From NCBI GenBank assembly GCA_027459745.1, contig DAIDHL010000001.1:77828-141827 (forward strand): a stretch of DNA of 64,000 nucleotides, in the 5' to 3' direction. Position 1 is the first letter of the stretch. The number at the start of each line of letters is the position of its first letter. The DNA comes from Candidatus Levyibacteriota bacterium (GTDB lineage: Bacteria > Patescibacteriota > Microgenomatia > Levybacterales > UBA12049). The notes under the pieces are model-generated. The model ran no database searches and had not been told where the DNA came from. It saw nothing but the letters and a program-made list of their open reading frames with translations. Positions 37,999-44,657 of this stretch are shown here, piece by piece. Made by a program: the position numbers and the translations under genes.

Positions 37999-38506
37999 CT
38001 TTGAGTGTAAAATACGATATAATTGGCTGATGTTAAAAAAATATATAGAGGGTGAAGAGTTTTTATTCTTAGGCGAAAAATATAAATTAAAATTTGGAAA
38101 TTATAAAACAATTCATTTAGTAGAAAACCATTTATGTTTTCCGCAATTTCTAAAATTTAGAATCCAAAAAGAACTACAAAATTGGTACTTACAAAAGTCT
38201 TTGGAACATATAAAACAGCGAGTTGAATATTATGCTGTAAGAATGAAGGTAAAATATATTTCTCTTTCAATTGCGGATTCCAAGTCGAGATGGGGGGCAT
38301 GTACTCATGATAATCGTTTGCAATTTAATTGGAGGTTAATTATGACTCCGCATGCGGTGCTGGATTCAGTGGTTGTGCATGAGTTAGCGCATACCTTGGT
38401 AAAAAATCATTCCCAGGATTTTTGGATACAGGTAAGAAAAGTTATGCCCGGCTATTCGGCTCACCGCGCATGGATTAACCACCACCAGAATGAACTGATA
38501 ATTTAG
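37982..38506 (+). CDS. YgjP-like metal-dependent hydrolase (DUF45 / M48-related, WLM-like HExxH)
   Basis: SRWGACTHDNRLQFNWRLIMTP...VVVHELAHTLVKNHSQDFW...MPGY is the DUF45 signature. Confidence 0.75.
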   Translation: MIRYVNFECKIRYNWLMLKKYIEGEEFLFLGEKYKLKFGNYKTIHLVENHLCFPQFLKFRIQKELQNWYLQKSLEHIKQRVEYYAVRMKVKYISLSIADSKSRWGACTHDNRLQFNWRLIMTPHAVLDSVVVHELAHTLVKNHSQDFWIQVRKVMPGYSAHRAWINHHQNELII

Positions 38507-38534
38507 TTTTTTATTCGGTAAATTAAGAATGATA

Positions 38535-40052
38535 TTAACCCAAGCTGTGACGAAGAATCCCTGCTTTTTCTATGAGCTTTTGCAGACTGCCTCCGCTTAC
38601 AAAGTTTTTATAAATTTCAGAAGTCAATTTTTGGTGTTCTTTATCGTCTTTTGTTACTGGATCCAGCCTAATATCTAAATATTTTTCCAATGCATCGATA
38701 TCATCGATTATTTCTCCCCATATGGGAGAACTTTGCGTCAAATCAGCCAAGTTTTTACGATTTAAATATCTACCTGCTTTAAGTATATCTGTCTTGAAAT
38801 TTAGGTAATATTTATCAATTAAACTTTGTTTTCCTAAAGAGTTTATAATTCGTAATCCTCTCCCAGTACCTACTAATTCGGGAGGAATTCCAATAGAATA
38901 AAGTGCACCAGTAAATCCAATTGCCCGTGGTAAAGAAACTTTACCAAGTCCACGTGAGTAACCAAATAAACCTATATGCTGAACACGTTCACGACGCTTA
39001 GGTAAAAATGAAGCAATTTGGTTTATAATTGGAGCAATTTCCTCAACTGTTTGTCGATAGTAAGTTTCGAAATAGGGTATTATATGTTGAATTTCTATCT
39101 CATCTAATCCAGAAACATCCATTGCTATTTGTTTAGATAGTATATCATCAAGCTTTTTAATTCCTTTTATTACTATGTTTTTAGGGTAATCATAACGAAA
39201 CCCTCCCTGTATTAAGACAGTTCTAATTCCTTTATATTCTTTAACAAAAGCATCGATGTTTTCTGGAGTCAAACCTCCCCGAAAAGGTAGTGCTGCAGTT
39301 CCGATAATTGGATATAAAGGTATATCTAATTTTTTAGCTAATGTTTTATATTTTGACAGAGCAATTTTTACTGCCAACACAGTTGGTACTAAACCGGAAT
39401 TTAATGCGGGATCAGAGCGGGCTATGTAAGGTCTTAAATATTCGGGTTTGGATTTGAACATTTTTTTATATCCGTCAATGTATTCTTCTAAAATTTTGTC
39501 CGAGTTTATAATGGTCTGTACCTGCTCGAACAGTGGAATCAATTCTATGTGTTCTAAGGTGTGATTATCCAATTTATATAATTTATGTTTTAGACCGCTA
39601 ATTTCTTGGAATGCTGTCTGAATATCCAGCATTTCTTCGGAAGTTTCTGTCATCGGCAGAATCACTTCAAAAAGAGGAGCATGAGCAAATCCTACTTTTT
39701 TAGCCATGGCCGCAGCACTTAAAATACCTAAAAAAGCTCTTCCGAGACGAAATTCAGTCTCAACTTTTGGGTTAGGTAGGCGAAAAGTGATAAATTTCCT
39801 CTCACCTAAAGGATTATCTTTAAAAAAATCAAAATGTTCTCCCAGTAAACGTTCCATGACTGACTCATCTACTAACTTTCCTTCCCAATCCCACTTGTAT
39901 TCATCAATTCCTAATTCAGAAAACATACGAAAACATTCTTCAGATTCTGCATGGACATCAATAAAATGATTGTTGTACCAGTAGGGTTTATCAGCATGAT
40001 CAGGATGCTGGGAGGCCATGGTAGAGGGAATAATTCGCTTAGGAGTTTTCAT
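38535..40052 (-). CDS. ppcA: Archaeal-type phosphoenolpyruvate carboxylase (PEPcase_2 family)
   Basis: 505 aa. The N-terminus IPSTMASQHPDHADKPYW matches the hallmark (M)STQHPDN of archaeal-type PEPC. The size and overall pattern fit archaeal-type PEPC rather than the ~900-aa bacterial Ppc. Confidence 0.8.
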   Translation of the reverse strand: MKTPKRIIPSTMASQHPDHADKPYWYNNHFIDVHAESEECFRMFSELGIDEYKWDWEGKLVDESVMERLLGEHFDFFKDNPLGERKFITFRLPNPKVETEFRLGRAFLGILSAAAMAKKVGFAHAPLFEVILPMTETSEEMLDIQTAFQEISGLKHKLYKLDNHTLEHIELIPLFEQVQTIINSDKILEEYIDGYKKMFKSKPEYLRPYIARSDPALNSGLVPTVLAVKIALSKYKTLAKKLDIPLYPIIGTAALPFRGGLTPENIDAFVKEYKGIRTVLIQGGFRYDYPKNIVIKGIKKLDDILSKQIAMDVSGLDEIEIQHIIPYFETYYRQTVEEIAPIINQIASFLPKRRERVQHIGLFGYSRGLGKVSLPRAIGFTGALYSIGIPPELVGTGRGLRIINSLGKQSLIDKYYLNFKTDILKAGRYLNRKNLADLTQSSPIWGEIIDDIDALEKYLDIRLDPVTKDDKEHQKLTSEIYKNFVSGGSLQKLIEKAGILRHSLG

Positions 40053-40164
40053 TACAAACTAAACAAGAGTATAACAGAATAAATTTTAAATTCAAATTAT
40101 ACTTTCTTGCACAATTCTTGCTTTACATTCAGTTTTAACTTGTATATAAATGATAAGCTAGAGT

Positions 40165-41151
40165 ATGGCAAAAATTTACTACTTTTGTGGACATGAACAA
40201 TTTCAACCAGAAGAATTAGTAAAGCATGCAGTTTTGGCTGAGAAGGCAGGATTTGACGGTGTATTAGTTTCAGAACATTTTAACCCCTGGGTAGATGATC
40301 AATCTTCTTCAGGTTTTGCTTTTTCTACACTAGGAGCGATAGCGGTCTCTACTGAAAGAATTGAATTGATGACAGGTGTAGTGACGCCTCTTTTCCGTTA
40401 TCATCCTGCGGTAGTAGCCCAAGCAGCTGCTACAATTGATAGATTGTCCTCTGGCAGATTTATTTTAGGAGTAGGTACAGGAGAAGCTATAAATGAAGTT
40501 CCATTAGGATACAAGTATCCAAATTATAAAGAACGATCCGCCAGAATGACTGAAGCTCTTAAAATAATGCGTACTTTACTCGATGGTAAAGAAATTAATG
40601 AAGAGGGTGAATACTACGAAACAGTACATGTTAAACTTTATAGTCCTCCTACTCACAAAATTCCCATCTACTTAGCAGCTGGTGGACATAAATCTGCTCT
40701 TCTAGGTGCTGAACATGCTGATGGTCTAGTTTGTAGTGTAAAAAACATTGAAGATACATTAAATGAGTTAGTTAAACCGGCTAGGGCAAAGGCTAATGAG
40801 CTTGAAAAAAAAGACTTTGGATTGGTAACTACTCATTGGAGTGTATTTGCTGCTGATTCTGAAGAAGCATGGAGGGCGCTTGGCCCCTGGAGAGGTCTGC
40901 GTGCTCCACATAGAAATACAATTGTAGAGCCAAAGTTATTACAGCAGGAAGCTGACGAATTGCCCCCTGAAGAGATACTAGCTAAATATTCTATTTTGTC
41001 TACTCCAGATGATTATCTTAAAGCATATTCACCATTGATCGAGAAATTATCAGCAAGTGTTGTGGTAATTCAAGCAACTTCACAAAATCGCCAAGAAGAA
41101 CTGATCAAAATGTTAGGTGAGAAAGTAGTCCAAACTTTAAAATCATTATGA
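40165..41151 (+). CDS. fgd: Luciferase-like (LLM) F420-dependent oxidoreductase, glucose-6-phosphate dehydrogenase (Fgd) subfamily
   Basis: Blocks shared with mycobacterial Fgd1: SEHFNPW, PLFRYHPAVVAQAAATIDRL, and ILGVGTGEAINE. The stop overlaps the cofE start (ATGA). Confidence 0.75.
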   Translation: MAKIYYFCGHEQFQPEELVKHAVLAEKAGFDGVLVSEHFNPWVDDQSSSGFAFSTLGAIAVSTERIELMTGVVTPLFRYHPAVVAQAAATIDRLSSGRFILGVGTGEAINEVPLGYKYPNYKERSARMTEALKIMRTLLDGKEINEEGEYYETVHVKLYSPPTHKIPIYLAAGGHKSALLGAEHADGLVCSVKNIEDTLNELVKPARAKANELEKKDFGLVTTHWSVFAADSEEAWRALGPWRGLRAPHRNTIVEPKLLQQEADELPPEEILAKYSILSTPDDYLKAYSPLIEKLSASVVVIQATSQNRQEELIKMLGEKVVQTLKSL

Positions 41152-41909
41152 TGTATGGATTGACAATTTTTCCCATCAAAGATGTTGCTGATATTAAGAC
41201 AGGTGATTCATTAGCAGAAATTATTTATGTTGGTATTAAAAAACAAAATATGGATTTGTGTAATGAAGATATAATAGTTATTACACAAAAAATCGTATCC
41301 AAGTCTGAAGGGAAGTTAATTAATTTAAGGACCATCACTCCCTCTGAATTTGCTAAACAAATTGCTGCCAAAGCCAATAAAGATCCTCGGCATATTGAAG
41401 TAATCCTGCAGCAAAGTAAAAGAATAGTACGTATGGATCATAATATTTTAATTTGCGAAACTAAGCATGGATTTATCTGTGCAAATGCAGGAGTGGATGC
41501 CTCAAATCTAAATGATTCTGAAACAGTTGCAATTTTGCCAGAAAATCCAGATTTATCTGCTGAAAAATTAAGGGGAAAATTACTAGAATTGAGCAATACC
41601 GATATAAACTTAGCTGTGATTATTACGGATACTTGGGGCAGACCCTGGCGTGAAGGTCAGGTAAATAATGCAATTGGTGTAGCAGGGATGAGATCACTCG
41701 TCGATTATCGTGGTAAGCAAGATACGGCCGGGCAAACTTTACAAGCAACCATGATCGCTGTAGCTGATGAATTAGCTAGTGCAGCCGAGTTAGTAATGGG
41801 CAAAATAGAGAGAATTCCAATAGTTTTGATAAGAGGATACAAGTTTGCATCAGCTGGTAATACAGGTAAAGACTTAATTAGGAGTGCTAGTACCGATATG
41901 TTTCGTTAA
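41148..41909 (+). CDS. cofE: Coenzyme F420-0:L-glutamate ligase
   Basis: CofE-family core (ICANAGVDASN...ITDTWGRPWREGQVNNAIGVAGM...GKIERIPIVLIRG). About 250 aa. Confidence 0.85.
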   Translation: MMYGLTIFPIKDVADIKTGDSLAEIIYVGIKKQNMDLCNEDIIVITQKIVSKSEGKLINLRTITPSEFAKQIAAKANKDPRHIEVILQQSKRIVRMDHNILICETKHGFICANAGVDASNLNDSETVAILPENPDLSAEKLRGKLLELSNTDINLAVIITDTWGRPWREGQVNNAIGVAGMRSLVDYRGKQDTAGQTLQATMIAVADELASAAELVMGKIERIPIVLIRGYKFASAGNTGKDLIRSASTDMFR

Positions 41910-41915
41910 AAGATT

Positions 41916-42833
41916 ATGATTACAGTTTTAGCCGGCGGGGTAGGAGCAGCCAGATTTTTACAAGGAGTATTGAGGGTAGTACCGGAAGATGAATTAGTGA
42001 TCATTGGAAATACCGGTGATGACAAGGAATTTTACGGACTTTATGTCTCGCCAGACTTAGATATTGTGACCTATACTTTGGCAGGAGTGGTTAACGAGAC
42101 TACTGGTTGGGGAATTAAAGATGATTCGTTTTTTACCATGACTCAACTGACTAAAATGGGTTATGATGACTGGTTTAAGATTGGTGATAAAGATTTTGCC
42201 ACACATATTCTACGTACAGATTTATTGAGCCAAGGGAAAACTCTAAGTGAGGTTACTAAAAAAATTTTGCAAGATTATGAGTTAAACTTTAGATTGCTTC
42301 CCATGAGTGATGATCCGATTTCAACACATATAATAACTCCACAAGGCAAAATTCACTTTCAAGAATACATGGTGAAGAATCATACCCAAGATCTAGTGCA
42401 GGGGATTGAGTTTATCGGGTTATCGTCTGCTCGACCGGCGCCAGGGGTTTTGGATGCAATTATGCAGGCTAAAACGATTTTAATTGCCCCCAGTAATCCA
42501 TTAGTGAGCATTGGGAGTATATTAGCAATCTCTGGTATCAAAGACGCGCTTAAATCAACTAAAGCAAAAGTCGTGGCAGTTAGTCCAATTGTTGGCGGCA
42601 TGACGATTAAAGGGCCCGCGGATAAGATGATGAGAGGTATGAATCTGCAGGTATCTGCAATAGGAGTGGCTGAGTATTATAAGGAATTTTTGGATGTAGT
42701 TATTATCGATGAAAAAGATAAAGAGCAACAAGAGGAAATTGAGAAAATAGGCATAAGGGTAAGAATTACAGATACCATTATGAAAGATATAAAAATTAAA
42801 GAATCTATAGCACGAATAGCACTAGAATCGTAA
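41916..42833 (+). CDS. cofD: 2-phospho-L-lactate transferase (LPPG:FO transferase)
   Basis: CofD/UPF0052 N-terminus MITVLAGGVGAARFLQGV and a conserved C-terminal region. 6 nt downstream of cofE. Confidence 0.85.
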   Translation: MITVLAGGVGAARFLQGVLRVVPEDELVIIGNTGDDKEFYGLYVSPDLDIVTYTLAGVVNETTGWGIKDDSFFTMTQLTKMGYDDWFKIGDKDFATHILRTDLLSQGKTLSEVTKKILQDYELNFRLLPMSDDPISTHIITPQGKIHFQEYMVKNHTQDLVQGIEFIGLSSARPAPGVLDAIMQAKTILIAPSNPLVSIGSILAISGIKDALKSTKAKVVAVSPIVGGMTIKGPADKMMRGMNLQVSAIGVAEYYKEFLDVVIIDEKDKEQQEEIEKIGIRVRITDTIMKDIKIKESIARIALES

Positions 42834-42885
42834 AAGGATCAAACAGAGTTTGTTTGTAAAATGAGGAAGGTTTTAATGAAAGGAG

Positions 42886-43779
42886 GTGAAAATATGTATG
42901 AAAATAGGGTTACAAATTAATCGCTTTACATGGAAAGGTGGAGATAAAATTATTGGTAATAAGTTGGCAGAAATTGCTACTACGGCTGATAAAGCTGGTT
43001 TTTATAGTATTTGGGTGATGGATCATTTTTTCCAGATTGAACATATTGGAGAACCGCAGGAACCAATGTTGGAAGCATACACAACGTTGGGATATTTGGC
43101 AGGTTTAACCAAAAATGCTAAATTAGGAACAATGGTGACTGGGGTAATTTATCGTCATCCTGCCTTGTTGATAAAAGCAGTTACCACATTAGATGTTCTA
43201 AGCAATGGCAGAGCCTATATGGGTATTGGTGCAGCCTGGAACGAACAAGAATCAACAGCTTTAGGTTTTTCTTTTCCTCCTTTGAAAGAAAGGTTTGAAC
43301 GATTGGAAGATGCATTGCAAATGGCTTTGAGAATGTGGAAGGGGGATGATAAGGAATTTGCAGGAAAGCATGTGCATGCTCAATGGCCGATGAATCATCC
43401 ACAGGCAATTTCCCAACCACATCCAACCATTCTGATTGGCGGAGGTGGAGAACAAAAAACATTAAAACTGGTAGCCAAATACGCCGATGCATGTAATTTA
43501 TTTGCCAGAGCAGGAGACGAAGAATTAAAACACAAGATCGATGTTCTAAAAAAACATTGTCAGGATGTAGGACGTGATTTTAACGAAATTGAAATTACTG
43601 TATTAGAACAAGTCAGACCGGCAGATGGTAAAATAGATGCTCAAGAAGCGATCGAGAAATGCAAACATTTGAAGGAGTTTGGCGTAAGTCATGTTATCTT
43701 TGGCATTCGTAACGTAGAAGATATTAAGCCTTTAAATGTTTTTGGCGAAAAAATTATTCCGGAGGTGAGTAATTTATAA
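42886..43779 (+). CDS. Second LLM-class (luciferase-like) oxidoreductase, probably F420-dependent given context
   Basis: TIM-barrel LLM pattern (WVMDHFFQ, GIGAAWNEQE, LIGGGGEQKTLKL). Strong SD AAGGAGGTGA. Confidence 0.7.
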   Translation: MKICMKIGLQINRFTWKGGDKIIGNKLAEIATTADKAGFYSIWVMDHFFQIEHIGEPQEPMLEAYTTLGYLAGLTKNAKLGTMVTGVIYRHPALLIKAVTTLDVLSNGRAYMGIGAAWNEQESTALGFSFPPLKERFERLEDALQMALRMWKGDDKEFAGKHVHAQWPMNHPQAISQPHPTILIGGGGEQKTLKLVAKYADACNLFARAGDEELKHKIDVLKKHCQDVGRDFNEIEITVLEQVRPADGKIDAQEAIEKCKHLKEFGVSHVIFGIRNVEDIKPLNVFGEKIIPEVSNL

Positions 43780-43792
43780 ACACAAACAATCT

Positions 43793-43827
43793 CTTATGCC
43801 ATGTTCAATTGATGTGCATGGCATAAG
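43793..43827. terminator. Perfect 11-bp inverted repeat (CTTATGCCATG...CATGGCATAAG, 13-nt loop) 14 nt after the LLM stop. A terminator-like hairpin without a U-tract, or a protein-binding site.
   Basis: Exact reverse complement read from the sequence. The loop contains CAATTG. Confidence 0.35.
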
Positions 43828-44110
43828 TCTGATTGTCTATGTTGCCAGATTGGAATTATTAAGCTAAGATGTGGAGTTAAGAACATGAATATTTTTTATA
43901 TTGCCATGAATGCTCTGCTGCTAAAGCATCCTAACATGAAAATTGATATTAAAATTGCATACAATAAGCTAAAAAATAAATCGGCACCCAAAACTGTAGA
44001 AGAGGCCATAAAGATGTTTTATAAGGAAATGGGGGTTTAAGGAAGAGGGAAAGGTTAAAGGAAACAGAGATTATTGTTCGAGCATTAGCAAGAAATATAT
44101 TTTTTACTTC

Positions 44111-44548
44111 TCACTGCGTTCTAAGAATATTATATACTTTAAAATATTCTTCCAGGGCTTGAAAATATCTACTTCCATCATCTAATTTTCGATAGTTATC
44201 TTTATTAACCCATTCAAAATCTGTATGTTCACTGCTTAATTCGACTTCACCAGAAATATAGTCACAAATATATCCTACAATGAATATTTCTCCTTGAGAA
44301 TATTTATCTGTAGTCCAATCATTGGTCCAGGTAGTAAATGCATTCCCTACTTTAATTTCCAAACTTGTCTCCTCTCGTACTTCTCGCTGCAGGGCTTCTG
44401 CTAAGTTTGTTTCTCCCACATTTATCTTACCTCCAGGAAAATCCAGGCCTGTTGCTCCAGCGCGATCAGCAGAAGTCATAACCAAGACTTGATTTTCTTT
44501 ACGTAAAAACGCTTTTTGCCCGACATAAAATTTCATCTCATCAGTCAT
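44111..44548 (-). CDS. NUDIX hydrolase
   Basis: Nudix box GGKINVGETNLAEALQREVREETSLEI. Confidence 0.8.
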   Translation of the reverse strand: MTDEMKFYVGQKAFLRKENQVLVMTSADRAGATGLDFPGGKINVGETNLAEALQREVREETSLEIKVGNAFTTWTNDWTTDKYSQGEIFIVGYICDYISGEVELSSEHTDFEWVNKDNYRKLDDGSRYFQALEEYFKVYNILRTQ

Positions 44549-44575
44549 ATTTACATATTATCATATTTATGTCAC

Positions 44576-44610
44576 CCCCTCCCTTAATTCCTCCCTCTAA
44601 GGGGGAGGGG
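44576..44610. promoter_or_regulatory. GC-rich hairpin (8-bp stem CCCCTCCC/GGGAGGGG, 19-nt loop) in the divergent NUDIX/ileS intergenic region
   Basis: Perfect 8-bp G+C stem in an AT-rich context. One arm is SD-like (GGAGG), the other anti-SD-like (CCTCC). The loop repeats CCTCCCTC. Confidence 0.3.
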
Positions 44611-44621
44611 AAGATATTTGC

Positions 44622-44650
44622 TTGATGAAGAAAGTGATTTAAGCTACAAT
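44622..44650 (+). promoter_or_regulatory. ileS promoter (-35 TTGATG 44622-44627, 17-nt spacer, -10 TACAAT 44645-44650). The predicted transcription start is at or near the ATG at 44658, so the mRNA is leaderless.
   Basis: Hexamers and spacing read directly. There is no SD and no room for a T-box leader (109-nt intergenic). Confidence 0.4.
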
Positions 44651-44657
44651 TGAAGCT

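Noticed and set aside
44549-44657. Possible T-box or riboswitch leader for ileS
   Set aside because: Only 109 nt of intergenic DNA are available. The promoter geometry places the start at the ATG. No specifier loop or T-box consensus (AATTAGGGTGGNACCGCG) is seen.
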